Virus record (IMG/VR): IMGVR_UViG_3300042332_001561
Location: 1 to 58,894 of that record
DNA: 58,894 nucleotides
From: a virus
Lineage: Duplodnaviria > Caudoviricetes
Direction: 5' to 3' (one strand)
The position numbers and the translations under genes are program-made. Positions 21,974-33,441 of this stretch are shown piece by piece. Position 1 is the stretch's first letter. The number at the start of each line of letters is the position of its first letter. The notes under the pieces were generated by a model, which was given only the letters and a program-made list of their open reading frames with translations, did not search any database and had not been told where the DNA came from.

Positions 21974-23444
21974 TTGATGCCTGAATTAAGCTTTCTCTGT
22001 GATCTATCATTTCTTTACTATATCGACGTAATCGGATTTCGTCCGCATTTTTTTCAACTATATTTCTTATATTCATTGATTTCATTGCATTAGTTGACGG
22101 CTGTGAAGATATTAAGTTCTGTCCCTGCATTACGTGCACAAAATGCCTACTCAAAAACATTAGATGACCACTATTTGGAATATCGTAGTGACCAGGAACT
22201 TGTTCTGCCCATAAATCAATTAAATTTTGCAGAGTTTCCGTGATTGGAAGTTTGCTTACATATCTCCAAAATTCTGTATCGTTTCTGTCTGAAACATAAT
22301 GAAGACGAATCATGTCTAAAATGTTTTCCATCATAGACTTCATTTTTCTATTATAAGACTCTTGTATTGCCTTGGAATCCTTAGTAAAAGAAGCTATTCC
22401 ATTAATAATTTGCTTGCATTGGATAATCGTTGAGCCTATAGAAGTAGCTTCCAATGGCTCAACAAAAGATGATGATAAACCTACGGATATACAGTTCTTA
22501 TACCATTGAACTGGAGCATAGCCTGGATCAAAAGCGAACTGTCTATACTTTTCTATTTTATGTCCAGTAATTAATTCTGCTTCTTTAACAGCTTCTTCCT
22601 CTGTTATAAAGTTAGAATTATAAACGTAACCATTGCCACGACGTTCAGTTGTTGGTATTTCCCATATCCAACCAGCTGATGCAGCTCTAGCTCTAGTGTA
22701 TGGTCTTATCTGATTACTTGGATCAGATTCAGTTGGGAATGCTATTGCAGCATTAGTGGGCAAATACTTAGAAAAAGAAATCCATTCCGTATTACCCATT
22801 TCTGTCATTAACTTTTTAGCAAAGCCTGTTGCATCAATCCAAACATCTGCGTTAATTTCTAAATTAGAATTTAACTTAACACTTTGAATGTAGCCATCTT
22901 CATCTAAAATAATAGAAGTTACTTCGTCATCAATAAATCTAACCATTCTTTTAAAGCAGAGTCCTGTTAAAAAATTATTTAGTTCAAATGTATCAAAATG
23001 AAACTGATTAGTGTTGTTGTGCATGTTTTCTTTAATGACCTGATTCTGTACTAAGCCTAGATGGCCAGTCTGTGAAGTTATTGGCTTGTCATTCTCTAGG
23101 AATGACATATATTCGCCAAACAATCCGAATGCAAAAATTTCAGGTGCAGAACCTACACTATGAAAATAGTCTGGACGTTTATTTGTCCAATTCTCAAATC
23201 TAATTCCATATTTATGCGTTGCATTTGTGTTGGTTATCAAATCTTCTACACCTATATCGCACATATCCATAAAGTCACGCCAATGTTCAGTGCTACCTTC
23301 GCCTACTCCAATAATGCCAACTTTGCTTGATGAGATGTTTGTTATTTCATCATTTGGGAAAGCTCGTCTAAACATAAGCGATGCAATAAGACCAGCTGTT
23401 CCTGAGCCTACTATGCATATTTTTCTATTCTGTGATTGCGTCAT
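21948..23444 (-). CDS. Flavin-dependent tryptophan halogenase-like protein (PrnA/RebH family)
   Basis: GSGTAG FAD-binding motif, IIGVGEGST, WIWEIP (WxWxIP), GLSSSFVEPLEATSI. Confidence 0.9.
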   Translation of the reverse strand: MTQSQNRKICIVGSGTAGLIASLMFRRAFPNDEITNISSSKVGIIGVGEGSTEHWRDFMDMCDIGVEDLITNTNATHKYGIRFENWTNKRPDYFHSVGSAPEIFAFGLFGEYMSFLENDKPITSQTGHLGLVQNQVIKENMHNNTNQFHFDTFELNNFLTGLCFKRMVRFIDDEVTSIILDEDGYIQSVKLNSNLEINADVWIDATGFAKKLMTEMGNTEWISFSKYLPTNAAIAFPTESDPSNQIRPYTRARAASAGWIWEIPTTERRGNGYVYNSNFITEEEAVKEAELITGHKIEKYRQFAFDPGYAPVQWYKNCISVGLSSSFVEPLEATSIGSTIIQCKQIINGIASFTKDSKAIQESYNRKMKSMMENILDMIRLHYVSDRNDTEFWRYVSKLPITETLQNLIDLWAEQVPGHYDIPNSGHLMFLSRHFVHVMQGQNLISSQPSTNAMKSMNIRNIVEKNADEIRLRRYSKEMIDHRESLIQASIANESFGI

Positions 23445-24540
23445 AATATCTCTTAGCTTTTATTGCATTAATAAAAGTTTTAGTGTCCTTTATATCTGGC
23501 TGGCCATTGTTAAAGAAATCAAGTGATTCTGATATCTGATCAATTGTAACATCTTCAGGATCTATTTGCGGCATTGATATCAACACATATTTGAGAAGAA
23601 AGTTGTCCATTTTCTTTTTCTCTTCATCCTTAACCCATTGTGGAATCTGCGGATGCAATGGATGATTAACCCCTAATGATGTTAGGGTTTCGTATCTAGA
23701 CTGATGTTTAATCATTTGTAAAATAGAATCAGGAAGTATGCCTGTTTCTGAAAAGCCATGTCGTGCATTGGCGTGTCCGTTTATAAATCTAGCAACTGGC
23801 ATCATTACTTCTGTTTCATTTAGTTCGTTTAACATTGATTCGCTAAACCCAGCTAAGTTCAAAAATGACGCAGCACCTGATGCAATTTCTTCCGTTGATA
23901 GATTAGAATCATACAGTGTTTTCCATTCTGAAATAAGCTTTATTATTCCAGAAAATGTTTTTGATACACCAGTTACAATGGGCCAATTTCTCCACTGCAT
24001 AGCGATCGGCCAAACTTCTTGAACTGATATGTAACCAACTCCATTTATTGAATAAATTACCCTAAAGTCTTTTAAATTGCCAGCCATCATTGCGTAGTCC
24101 ATGGGATTTTCGCTAATTCCATCAGACACATCATAAACTCTTGGTCCATATTTATCAATGTCACATCTTTCATCTAATGATACTAGACCAATAATTGATT
24201 CGCTTTTAACATGGACTGGTTTTAAAAAACTAAAAAATTGATGCGGTTTATTAACTAAATTATTTAATTCATTCATATCTCTTTCATAAAGATTAAATTG
24301 AATTATATATTCTTCTCCAGTGTTTGTTGTAACATTTAAAGAGTATGGGTCAGATGTATTTGGCAAATCATTGAATGCAATAAGCGTTACGTTATCTAAG
24401 GAATAGGCTATATAATCGGTATATTCCTGTATGCCATTTGGATGGGCGTACGACAAGGTTATCCCTTCGCATGCAGGTACGCAGGCGTAGCATGGGGTGT
24501 CTTTTAATGTAAATTGATCTATAGATATTACTGAAACCAT
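23425..24540 (-). CDS. Hypothetical protein
   Basis: 371 aa ORF overlapping the oxygenase and halogenase genes. Confidence 0.6.
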   Translation of the reverse strand: MVSVISIDQFTLKDTPCYACVPACEGITLSYAHPNGIQEYTDYIAYSLDNVTLIAFNDLPNTSDPYSLNVTTNTGEEYIIQFNLYERDMNELNNLVNKPHQFFSFLKPVHVKSESIIGLVSLDERCDIDKYGPRVYDVSDGISENPMDYAMMAGNLKDFRVIYSINGVGYISVQEVWPIAMQWRNWPIVTGVSKTFSGIIKLISEWKTLYDSNLSTEEIASGAASFLNLAGFSESMLNELNETEVMMPVARFINGHANARHGFSETGILPDSILQMIKHQSRYETLTSLGVNHPLHPQIPQWVKDEEKKKMDNFLLKYVLISMPQIDPEDVTIDQISESLDFFNNGQPDIKDTKTFINAIKAKRYYDAITE

Positions 24541-25100
24541 GTTACCAAACTATACTTTATTCCAAGTTTTACCGGATGTGCTATGTGAAGATATGGAAAA
24601 TTTGACGGAAAGACAACAGCTGTATTTTTTTTAGGTTTTATTTTTATATCAAAAAATGAAAACTCAAGTTCTCCACCCTCTTCAACATCTTCTAGGAAAG
24701 CAACTAAACTCACCACTCTAGAATTCATTGGGGCATGATCATAATGATTATGATACTCAGCGCCATTCGTGTATTTAAGGACTCTCCAACCTTCGTTTCC
24801 AGATGTTGCTACATTGTATTGTTTTTTATAATCTTCTACAATTTCAAACATTGGATTTTGAATTTCTTTTTTAAACATTTGTCCAAATGGAGTATTATTG
24901 GATTCTTCTCCTAATATGGAAATATTACACTCTGCTGAAGTTCTATAATTGCCGATTGCACCTACTCCAACTGCAGAGTTTTTCCAAGTAATGTCGCTCC
25001 AATCATTTTGACTTTCTAATTCTAAATGCTCCATGAATAAAGACGCATCAAAAAAGTCACTGTACAGAGATATGCACGTTGCTAGATTTTCTACTTTCAT
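24528..25100 (-). CDS. 2OG-Fe(II) oxygenase (prolyl-4-hydroxylase-like)
   Basis: HxD (YHNHYD), EEGGELEF, FPSNFPYLH..HPV...KYSLVTW. Confidence 0.9.
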   Translation of the reverse strand: MKVENLATCISLYSDFFDASLFMEHLELESQNDWSDITWKNSAVGVGAIGNYRTSAECNISILGEESNNTPFGQMFKKEIQNPMFEIVEDYKKQYNVATSGNEGWRVLKYTNGAEYHNHYDHAPMNSRVVSLVAFLEDVEEGGELEFSFFDIKIKPKKNTAVVFPSNFPYLHIAHPVKLGIKYSLVTWFQ

Positions 25101-25489
25101 GATGTTACTTCAATTTTTCCTTCATACAAAATTTCACCGCTATTTATAAGTTTAAAATTAAAAATTCCCTTTTCATTAAATCTTGCCCTAAAGTAAGCTT
25201 TATGATTTTCTTTAATTATTGGTTTGATAATTAAATCTTTGCAGTTGATGTGTATGTCATTTTTTAATTCAAGAAATTCATTTGTCATATCAAATTTCCA
25301 AATATAATTTTCTTTAACTATTTTATCATAGTCATATTGTTCTATCTCTGGACTAGAAAGTATTTCTATTTTATCGTATTCGTCAGCAACAACGATCTCT
25401 AATAAATTTCTTTTAGCTATATCCATTATGTGATTAGGAACGACGCCATTAACACATTCTCTAGATGGAACTGCTATATGTCTTTTCAT
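25097..25489 (-). CDS. Hypothetical protein
   Basis: 130 aa, ATGA overlaps on both sides. Confidence 0.6.
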   Translation of the reverse strand: MKRHIAVPSRECVNGVVPNHIMDIAKRNLLEIVVADEYDKIEILSSPEIEQYDYDKIVKENYIWKFDMTNEFLELKNDIHINCKDLIIKPIIKENHKAYFRARFNEKGIFNFKLINSGEILYEGKIEVTS

Positions 25490-25719
25490 CCAAGACCAGA
25501 AACTTTTTCTCTTAAGTCTTTTATTAAAGTTATGTAGTGTGCAACTTTTCCAATTGCTGTCTCCATATTAACTGGTTCGTCCCATGCATCGGCATCAAAT
25601 GTCTCTGCATCTAATCCAAGACCGACAAGGATCCTGTATAATTCACGCTCGTGCATTTGAATACTAAAATTTAATGCTTCTACTTTAGCTTCATTGTTAA
25701 GTGAGTCAAAAAAGCCCAT
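25486..25719 (-). CDS. Hypothetical protein
   Basis: 77 aa, GAGG SD. Confidence 0.6.
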   Translation of the reverse strand: MGFFDSLNNEAKVEALNFSIQMHERELYRILVGLGLDAETFDADAWDEPVNMETAIGKVAHYITLIKDLREKVSGLG

Positions 25720-25732
25720 AATATTTTACCTC

Positions 25733-26983
25733 TTACTTGTTTAAAATTATATAAGTGCTTCCATTGGAAGCGGAATATGTGTCTGAATCTGCAGTAGTAC
25801 CTGCTCGAACATCATAGTTTAAATTACTAGGAGTTTCCTCAGTTATAATAATAATAGCACCGCCTCCGCCTGCTCCGCCACGTTTTCCTGTTGCTCCAGT
25901 AACAGCTGGGGCAGCAGCTCCGCCAGCACCGCCAGCACCGCCAGTCCAGTGATGACCTGGACTAACTGTGCAACATGGTGCATGTATAGTAGCGGAGTGA
26001 TTATGATGATGTCCATTATAGGCTGTATAGTGATAAGCTCCGTGATGGTTGATTTTATCGTGATACTCAGGAACGTGTACATGATGGCTATAGTGATGTA
26101 ATGTATGAGGCTCATGAATTACAGCACTGTGGTGGTGGTGATCTGTTCTATCTGGAGCTTTAGCCCCAGCTTGACCTGCGGTGCCAGCAGAGCCAGCGGT
26201 TCCTGCAGAGCCAGTCGCTCCAATCATTCCTAATGACATTACTGTGCCAGTTCCTGATATTGATTTAGCCATTATAGCCACAATGCCACCTCCATTAGCT
26301 CCAGATCCACCTGCTCCACCAGGACCTGGAGTTGCTCCTGTTGCAGTTCCATCAGATCCTGTTCCACCTTTTCCTCCAGGTACTCCAACAGTTGTGCCAA
26401 CAGTTGGGTGGGTTCCGTTTGAGCCAGCAGAACCTGTTTTGCCCGGCCATGAACTACCACTTGTTAATGCTGGTGTGCTAGCTCCAGTAGAACCTGTTGT
26501 TCCTTTTGATCCACCTGCTAAGACTAGAGGAGAAGAGCTTCCATATGTAGCATCAAAAGCAACTCCTGTTGCTGCTTCTACTCTAGAAATAAGATAGCTT
26601 GGCATCAGTGTTACGCTTGGGTTGGTTGCGCCGCCACCTTGTCCACCTATTCTATAAGATATTGAAGACGAAGTGTGGCCAGCAATAGTTCCTGTTGGAA
26701 CAGATGAACCTGGACTTGATATTGTTCCATTGGTAGATCCATTTGAATTTCCAGAAACAGAACCTATTCCAATAACTCCATTTATTATAGCTGCATTCTT
26801 GACAAATACACGAAATCCATTTGTAAGTAGTACGTTTCCCAATGGTATTGTTAGATTGTTGTAATATTTATCTGAAGTTAATGTAATAGTTCCACTTATG
26901 GTCACATCGCCATCAGAACCATTCCCATAAATTTCATCATTATTTACGCGTGATACACTAGTTTCTATTCGTGAGATTGCCAT
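25733..26983 (-). CDS. Glycine-rich virion/fibre protein with a His-rich insert
   Basis: Shares YGNGSDGDVT..LT.D.Y.N.LTI...L.TNGFRVFVK with the upstream gene; long GxxG tracts; 22 His in 66 residues. Confidence 0.7.
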   Translation of the reverse strand: MAISRIETSVSRVNNDEIYGNGSDGDVTISGTITLTSDKYYNNLTIPLGNVLLTNGFRVFVKNAAIINGVIGIGSVSGNSNGSTNGTISSPGSSVPTGTIAGHTSSSISYRIGGQGGGATNPSVTLMPSYLISRVEAATGVAFDATYGSSSPLVLAGGSKGTTGSTGASTPALTSGSSWPGKTGSAGSNGTHPTVGTTVGVPGGKGGTGSDGTATGATPGPGGAGGSGANGGGIVAIMAKSISGTGTVMSLGMIGATGSAGTAGSAGTAGQAGAKAPDRTDHHHHSAVIHEPHTLHHYSHHVHVPEYHDKINHHGAYHYTAYNGHHHNHSATIHAPCCTVSPGHHWTGGAGGAGGAAAPAVTGATGKRGGAGGGGAIIIITEETPSNLNYDVRAGTTADSDTYSASNGSTYIILNK

Positions 26984-26985
26984 AT

Positions 26986-27750
26986 TTACACCTGTTGCAT
27001 GTAATAGTACGTTCCACTATTCTGACCCGTTACGTCCGTTGAGATAGATGCTGGAAGAGAAGATGTAGAAGAAACTAATAGTATTACTCCCCCACCAGCT
27101 GGTGCAGTTGCTGGTGCCTTAATGTATCCAGTTCCACTTGATGGCCCAGCTATATAACGTGCTGCAAGTATTATTACTCCACCACCAGCTTGACCAGACC
27201 CTCCTGCTCCACCTCTAAGAAATGTTGGTCCTCCAGATGCAGTGATTGAATAACCCGTAATTGCTTGTCTTGGAATCTGAAAATATGAAGATCCACCCAT
27301 AGCTGATGTTGGTGCTGTAGCAGAATATCCTGTAGCAGAGCCCCCTAAAGAATGTGTAACTGCTGTTGTAGCAGCTCCCCCTTGTGCTATAGAGCCAGCA
27401 GTAGAATAACCTGTAGTAAAACCAATTGTAGAGTCACTATTAAATTTTAAAGTGCCTTTAACAAATATTCTATATCCATTTGGAGCAAGTCGAACGTTGG
27501 CGTTTATTGTTAAATCATTAAAATACATATCACGAGTCATTGAATAGACACTAGAAGATGGCACCATACTCAAAATGGTTGTAGTGCCATCTAGTGTTAT
27601 ATCTCCATCTGATCCAGTACCATAGACTGCGTCAGCACCTTCATTATAATATGCTGCCCACACTGCGCCGTCCCACTGCCAACTCTTAGAGCCGACAGTA
27701 TAAATCTGGTTTGTATATGGAGAAGCAGGAAAAGTAATTGCTGGCATCAA
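26986..27750 (-). CDS. Glycine-rich virion/fibre protein
   Basis: FPASP...[16 protein letters not shown]-terminus typical of fibre modules; [10 protein letters not shown] motif. Confidence 0.65.
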   Translation of the reverse strand: MMPAITFPASPYTNQIYTVGSKSWQWDGAVWAAYYNEGADAVYGTGSDGDITLDGTTTILSMVPSSSVYSMTRDMYFNDLTINANVRLAPNGYRIFVKGTLKFNSDSTIGFTTGYSTAGSIAQGGAATTAVTHSLGGSATGYSATAPTSAMGGSSYFQIPRQAITGYSITASGGPTFLRGGAGGSGQAGGGVIILAARYIAGPSSGTGYIKAPATAPAGGGVILLVSSTSSLPASISTDVTGQNSGTYYYMQQV

Positions 27751-29300
27751 CTATTCCTATATCCGTACACGCGAATTGTTCCGCCCGTCAATGTTCCTGT
27801 TGCAGCCTTAACCGTAAACGAAGTAAAAGATGTTGACGCAGTATGAATTCCGTTCGTTGTTCCAGCACCGCCTTCGTAAACATACGAAGCATTATGCAGT
27901 CTTGTCGGCATAGTTTTAAATGGGTCATGTAGTTCAAAACTATAAGAAGTGATGCTGTTTGTATTGGCCACTCCAACCCAATAGAACTCTGCAGCAGCGG
28001 TGTTCCCAGCGCCTGCAACGCTATTTGCATAAGAGTTATATATTAATTGTGAAGAATATGAAGAGGTAGAAGAACCAAGAACTAACCTAAAATCTTGTGC
28101 GGAGCCATAATTAAGAGTTGTTCCACTAACTTTGATTAAGTAATTATCGTAAGTGGAAGAAAAAGCATTTGCAATTCCAACAAAAGAAACAGCAGAGCCT
28201 ATTGTGACTATCCCGTTAGACGCTGTTCCGCCAGTAGAACATGTGACGGTCTTGATTAGTTCTAACCCTTGCGGATTTTGTGCTGGACTGTTTGGAATAA
28301 CCCATGCGGAGCCATTCCATACAAAAAGATAGTTCGTATCTGTTTCGTAAATAGTCATTCCAGTCCACGGAGAAGAAGGACGAGTAGACGAAGTTGCCTG
28401 CATTGGCGACATTGAACCGCCACCTAGTTCAACCCATGCTGAGTTGTAGTAAATATAGGTTGCACCTGTGTTTGTGTCAAACCATAGGTTTCCAGCAGAT
28501 GGAGATGATGGAGCTGTTGCCGAACTTGTTAATGGAGCTCCTGCACCAGTTGGGCCTGTTGGGCCTGTTGGACCAGTTAGACCTGTAGGTCCTGTGGGTC
28601 CTGTGGGCCCTGGAGGACCTCCTGATGGACCTGGAGGACCAGTTGGGCCTGTGGGACCTGTGGGACCTGGGACTGTTGAATCTGCTCCAGCAGGACCAGT
28701 CGGGCCAGTCGGGCCATTTGGACCTGGGGGACCAGGGGAGCCAATGGAACCACTTGGCCCTGTTAAACCAGTATCTCCTGTGGGTCCAGTGAGTCCTATG
28801 GGCCCCGTAGGGCCTGTTGGGCCTGTTGGGCCTGTGTTTCCAGTAGGGCCAGGAGGACCCGTGGGACCAGTGAGTCCTGTAGGTCCTGTGGGACCTGTAG
28901 GACCGACCTCAAGACCTGCTACGGCTATATAAACGGAAACTCTTACAGAATTAGACGATGGAGCATTATCAAAATAAACAGTAACATTGTTGCCATCAGT
29001 GGCTTCCCATGATGTCAATATTAAGCCATATGGAGAAGATGCTTCTCTTATCGTTACACTAACATCTCTACTTCCAAAATTATGATTAATAATATACGAA
29101 GTATTTGTTCCATCACCTATTGTTGCATTATAAACAGTGCCAGCTAGATTTACTGCGCTAGTAAACTCTACTATATTATTTGAATTATTCTTATAGTAGA
29201 TTTTTCCATCTGCGTAGTTAATCGCTATTTCACCATACTCTAATGAAGATGGGGTATTGGATGAAGTTCCACTATTTTTTATTTTTATAGTATTAGCCAT
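27747..29300 (-). CDS. Collagen-like tail fibre protein
   Basis: About 40 Gly-X-Y triplets (mostly GPT); fibre-type N-terminus [28 protein letters not shown]. Confidence 0.8.
   Translation of the reverse strand: MANTIKIKNSGTSSNTPSSLEYGEIAINYADGKIYYKNNSNNIVEFTSAVNLAGTVYNATIGDGTNTSYIINHNFGSRDVSVTIREASSPYGLILTSWEATDGNNVTVYFDNAPSSNSVRVSVYIAVAGLEVGPTGPTGPTGLTGPTGPPGPTGNTGPTGPTGPTGPIGLTGPTGDTGLTGPSGSIGSPGPPGPNGPTGPTGPAGADSTVPGPTGPTGPTGPPGPSGGPPGPTGPTGPTGLTGPTGPTGPTGAGAPLTSSATAPSSPSAGNLWFDTNTGATYIYYNSAWVELGGGSMSPMQATSSTRPSSPWTGMTIYETDTNYLFVWNGSAWVIPNSPAQNPQGLELIKTVTCSTGGTASNGIVTIGSAVSFVGIANAFSSTYDNYLIKVSGTTLNYGSAQDFRLVLGSSTSSYSSQLIYNSYANSVAGAGNTAAAEFYWVGVANTNSITSYSFELHDPFKTMPTRLHNASYVYEGGAGTTNGIHTASTSFTSFTVKAATGTLTGGTIRVYGYRNS
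28545..28904 (-). repeat. Degenerate 9-bp tandem repeat encoding Gly-Pro-Thr collagen triplets
   Basis: Repeated (t/a)gg(g/a/t)cc(t/a)gt units visible on the + strand. Confidence 0.9.
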
Positions 29301-29341
29301 TAGTCACTCCATATTAACTAAGTTATTATAACATAGATTAA

Positions 29342-31852
29342 TTAGAATGTGCCACCATCAATAGTGTAAGTGTCAACTCCAAGAGTGGTTCTAGCTGTTG
29401 CGGCGTCGGCATCATCGAGAAGCCCTCTAATGAAAGAACTTAACGTTGTTACAGCTGCCGTACCTGATCCAGTAAAATATGGAAGAGCATTAGCTGCAGA
29501 GGTCAATCCTGCTATTGCGCCAAGGTTTGCACTGTAAGCCTGTACGTCAGTATTAATTGCAAGGCCTAAATTGGTTCTTGCGTCTGAGGCACTTGTTGCT
29601 CCGGTTCCACCTTTAGCTACTGCTATAGCTGTTGCATTCCATGTTCCGGTAGCAATTGTTCCGACAGTTGTGATTGAAGACTGGCCAGCGTAGGTTGACG
29701 CAATTGTAATCGCATCTGCATCTACAGTAATCTTATCTGCGGTTCCACCAACTGCTATGACTCCACTTGAATATGTGAGACCTGCTCCTGCTACAGAAGA
29801 CTTTAATTGAAGTGCATCTGTATCAATTTCAATTCCACCACTGGTTGCTACGTTGACATTAAATTCAGTACCACTTAATGAAAGTCCTGAACCTGCTGCA
29901 TAAGCTCCAGCTCCAGAAAACTGGACCCAGTTTTGGCTTGCAAAACTTGTTATATAATGATTCGTTTGAACCCAACCAGTTCTAGTGTAGGTTGTACCTT
30001 CCATTACATAGACAGACGCACCAATTAATTCAGTGTACACATCAGCGTCTGCAGCTCTGACTAATTCATAATCTGTGCCGTCATCTGTATATGTATAGAT
30101 GCCATTTTCCGTACCTGTTGATTGTGCTGTTAAAAGAATTCTATAAATTCCATCATCAGCTGAATCTAATGCTGCGTGACCATCTATAACTAATGTTTCG
30201 GTTGAACCAGTTAAACTAACATTTGCCTTTGCAATTAAGTTAACTGCAGCTTTCCAGTCAAGACCAGAAACTTTATTATCTACATAGTATTTTGTAGCTG
30301 CATCGGTATCTAATGTTGGCTCTGCGAGTCCAGTAATTCTAGAAGATGCAACATCAACTGTTCCAGTTCCATTAGGGCTTAATGTGATATTTCCATTAGT
30401 GTCTGTTGAGGTAATTGAATTTCCATTGAGGTTAAGATTATCTACAGTAAGTTCTGTGATGCCTGCAACTGAAGTTGTAGTAGAACCCAGTGTTAAAGTA
30501 GAAGAACCTAATGTAATTGTTGAGTTGGCGAGTTGGCTGTTATCAACTCCGCCTGATTTAATTGAAACTTCTCCAGTAGAAACTGAGAAATCTCCAGAAT
30601 CAAACGATGCTATACCTGTTTGGGTTGTTGAAGCAACTCTAAGACTAGTTGAACTTGCGGAAGTTAAACGACCTTGCGCATCAACTGTAAATGTTCCAGA
30701 CTCTGTAGATGAGCCATATGATCCTGCGGTCACCGCTGTATTATCTAAGTTAATTGTAACGGTGTCAGTAGAGCCAGCTACTGAACTAAGTCCAGTTCCA
30801 CCAGCAATTGTCAAAGTGTCTGAACCAGATGTTATTGTTTGGCTTGAACCACTATCTCCTGCAACAGTAAAAGATGTTGCTACACCATTAATGGCAGTAG
30901 TAATATCACTAGTTAAAGCTATTGTACCTGTTGCATTGGGTAAAGTTAATGTTCTATCTGCTGTTGGATTAGTGACAGTTAAGGTAGTTTCGTAATCGTC
31001 GGCGGATGATCCTTCAAAAATAATACTTGAATCTGTAAGTGAGAGACCAGAAGCATACAGGTTTGTAATTGTTGGAGACGAAGATAATACAACGTTTTCT
31101 CCAGACCCAACATATGATGTTACAGCATTTCCATTAATGCTAAAACTATTACCAGTTCCTGCTGTATCAAATGTTTTATTTGTTAATGTATCAGTTGTAT
31201 CTTTACCTACAAGAGTTGTGGTTGCATTTGGTAATGTTATTGTTCTATCGGCAGTAGGGTTAGTGACAGTTAGGGTTGTTTCATAAGTATCTGCAGCAGA
31301 TCCCTCAAAGGTGATGCTAGAATCAGAAAGGTAAAGTCCAGAAATTGTTGGACTTGTTACGGTTTTATTTGTAAGTTCTTGAGAACCAGTAAGTGTAGCT
31401 ACTGTGCTATCAATATTAATAGTCAAAGTATCCGATGCTCCAGCTACTGTGTCTATACCTGTTCCACCAGCAATTGTAAAAGTATCATTAAGGCTAATTG
31501 TTTGGCTTGAACCACTGTCTCCTGCTACAGTAATTGAACCACTTACAGCAGATACAGAATCGTCAACATACTTCTTTGTTGCTGCATGCATGTTTGAACT
31601 TGGCGTAGCGACTGTAACTGTACCAGAAAATGTTTTATTCCCTGTAATTGTTTGTGTTCCAGACAGGCCTACATATGCACCAGCTCCTGCAATAGCTTCA
31701 ACTGTTGTTGCTGAGCCACCTACTCCGCCTGTACCCTTACCATAATAAAGAACATTATCTACTTCATTATAAGCAAGTTCTGCATTCTCCAAGGATTCTG
31801 GTGCACCAGCGGCTCCAGAAGCTCTTCTTTTAATTCTAATTGTATTAGCCAT
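29342..31852 (-). CDS. Long tail fibre-like protein
   Basis: 836 aa, Thr/Ser/Gly-rich; AATKKYVD and AATKYYVD motifs; [17 protein letters not shown]; internal repeats; IDGGTF C-terminus. Confidence 0.75.
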   Translation of the reverse strand: MANTIRIKRRASGAAGAPESLENAELAYNEVDNVLYYGKGTGGVGGSATTVEAIAGAGAYVGLSGTQTITGNKTFSGTVTVATPSSNMHAATKKYVDDSVSAVSGSITVAGDSGSSQTISLNDTFTIAGGTGIDTVAGASDTLTINIDSTVATLTGSQELTNKTVTSPTISGLYLSDSSITFEGSAADTYETTLTVTNPTADRTITLPNATTTLVGKDTTDTLTNKTFDTAGTGNSFSINGNAVTSYVGSGENVVLSSSPTITNLYASGLSLTDSSIIFEGSSADDYETTLTVTNPTADRTLTLPNATGTIALTSDITTAINGVATSFTVAGDSGSSQTITSGSDTLTIAGGTGLSSVAGSTDTVTINLDNTAVTAGSYGSSTESGTFTVDAQGRLTSASSTSLRVASTTQTGIASFDSGDFSVSTGEVSIKSGGVDNSQLANSTITLGSSTLTLGSTTTSVAGITELTVDNLNLNGNSITSTDTNGNITLSPNGTGTVDVASSRITGLAEPTLDTDAATKYYVDNKVSGLDWKAAVNLIAKANVSLTGSTETLVIDGHAALDSADDGIYRILLTAQSTGTENGIYTYTDDGTDYELVRAADADVYTELIGASVYVMEGTTYTRTGWVQTNHYITSFASQNWVQFSGAGAYAAGSGLSLSGTEFNVNVATSGGIEIDTDALQLKSSVAGAGLTYSSGVIAVGGTADKITVDADAITIASTYAGQSSITTVGTIATGTWNATAIAVAKGGTGATSASDARTNLGLAINTDVQAYSANLGAIAGLTSAANALPYFTGSGTAAVTTLSSFIRGLLDDADAATARTTLGVDTYTIDGGTF
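30745..31535 (-). repeat. Internal duplicated modules (A-B-B-A) in the fibre gene
   Basis: Two copies of [21 protein letters not shown]...VAG..DT.TIN.D flank two copies of [32 protein letters not shown]. Confidence 0.85.
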
Positions 31853-31854
31853 TT

Positions 31855-32193
31855 TTAAAAATTTCCTCCATCGGTAAGGTTGCCTTCAGCGTAGTTAACC
31901 CACTGAGAGCCGTTATAACGCAATATATTGCCTGTTGCAGCTTGATTTATAGTAACATCTGTCAGTCCATTTAAAATAGACTGATTCGATATACTTTGTT
32001 CTGCAGATATTATTCTATCTTTAACTGTTAAATGACTTCCAGATGGATTTATGCCTAATGTAGTTTGCAATGCCTCTATAGCATCATTTGCGTTTGCATG
32101 CTGGACGTGGTGAGGAACTGTGACAGAATCTAGTGTGTCAGTTGCTGTAGGATTAATTAAAACATCCAAAGAAGTTGGGTAGTTAGTTGCCAT
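31855..32193 (-). CDS. Small virion/fibre-associated protein
   Basis: 112 aa; [13 protein letters not shown] and LNGLTDV...[13 protein letters not shown] fibre-type motifs. Confidence 0.6.
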   Translation of the reverse strand: MATNYPTSLDVLINPTATDTLDSVTVPHHVQHANANDAIEALQTTLGINPSGSHLTVKDRIISAEQSISNQSILNGLTDVTINQAATGNILRYNGSQWVNYAEGNLTDGGNF

Positions 32194-32201
32194 CTTGTTC
32201 C

Positions 32202-32612
32202 TTACAAAGATAGAATTTTATTAAGAGTATTACTCCAGGCTATAGTAATGTTTGTATTAGTATTTACGCCAGAAAACGGCAATCCCTCAGAAGTATCTAT
32301 ATAAGCTATTAATATTGAGGTTTGATCAGACCCAGAATCTTGATAAATCACCACAGCATTAAAGGCGTCTCCTGGATAATTGGACATGACCACATCATCT
32401 GCATCTAGGACTCCGGAGCTTGTTGTTACCCCAGAAAATATAGGTGATCTAGCCTTTATGTGGCTTGAATTAATGTTAGAAACAAAATTATCTGTATTTT
32501 GATTTGGAGCATATGAGCTATTTACTAAAAGTAATTTTAAATTATTACTTACTAAATCTACATCTCCGCTAAGCATTGCTTCTTTTGCTTTTTTATAAAC
32601 AAAATTAGCCAT
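32202..32612 (-). CDS. Putative virion structural protein
   Basis: 136 aa ORF in the structural operon. Confidence 0.55.
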   Translation of the reverse strand: MANFVYKKAKEAMLSGDVDLVSNNLKLLLVNSSYAPNQNTDNFVSNINSSHIKARSPIFSGVTTSSGVLDADDVVMSNYPGDAFNAVVIYQDSGSDQTSILIAYIDTSEGLPFSGVNTNTNITIAWSNTLNKILSL

Positions 32613-32613
32613 A

Positions 32614-33381
32614 TTATATTCCTATATCTTTTGATGCAATTATTCTGTATTTATAGCCTTTTTCAAAATAATCTTTTCCACTTGTATTAAAGGATGGGGT
32701 TGCATCCAATGATGGAAAATCTAAATATACTTCTGGTTTCCAAGAATGCATAGATATTTCAGTTTCTAATGTCTCCCACCTTGCAGGAGCTTTTTGTATT
32801 TTTTTTCTTTGAGCTTGAAAATACTTTGAATTTAGAAAGTTTGACGCAGGTCTTTCATTGAAGGTTATAACCACTCTTCCATCATTATAATCATTTGTAA
32901 GATAGAAATCTCCATTATTTGGATCTATATCTGATATATAAAACTTTGGATTTTTAGCTAAAACTTGATATGAAACATCTATATTTGTCTTAATTGATTT
33001 ATCTTCTATTAAGACAGGTTGAAGCTCTGGTTCAGAAAAAACACTTGTAGTTGGTGTTGCAGCTGAGATGTATGTAAAAGCAACTTTTTCGTTAGGAACA
33101 ACTGCTCCAGCTGCGTCTAGAAGATTAACTAAATCTATGTAATATTCTTGTTGGTCATCTAATGATATTCTCCAATAAAGAGTTATAATCCTAGATATTT
33201 GGTTGTAATCTTTAATTGTATTTATAACTTGAAAAGGACTACTGACCAATTCTGGTGTTGAAGAATTCTTATATAATTTAAAATTTTCATTTTTAAGAGA
33301 TGAAATTTTTATAGTTCTACCAAATTTAATTGATACACTATAATAACTAACTTTAGCTTGATCTATTAAATATGAAGCCAC
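32614..33381 (-). CDS. Putative virion protein with Ig-like domains
   Basis: GTG start with AGGAG SD; 255 aa, beta-rich; follows the capsid gene. Confidence 0.55.
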   Translation of the reverse strand: MASYLIDQAKVSYYSVSIKFGRTIKISSLKNENFKLYKNSSTPELVSSPFQVINTIKDYNQISRIITLYWRISLDDQQEYYIDLVNLLDAAGAVVPNEKVAFTYISAATPTTSVFSEPELQPVLIEDKSIKTNIDVSYQVLAKNPKFYISDIDPNNGDFYLTNDYNDGRVVITFNERPASNFLNSKYFQAQRKKIQKAPARWETLETEISMHSWKPEVYLDFPSLDATPSFNTSGKDYFEKGYKYRIIASKDIGI

Positions 33382-33413
33382 CTAAACACTCCTAAAACAT
33401 TATTAATGTAAGT

Positions 33414-33420
33414 ATAGTAA
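33414..33420 (-). promoter_or_regulatory. TTACTAT late-promoter-like motif
   Basis: 32 nt upstream of the GTG at 33381, just after the capsid terminator. Confidence 0.5.
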
Positions 33421-33441
33421 CAAACGTTACTTAAATATGCG

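Noticed and set aside
28545-28904. Possible CRISPR array or non-coding tandem repeat
   Set aside because: The 9-bp periodicity with third-position variation encodes collagen Gly-X-Y triplets, and there are no unique spacers.
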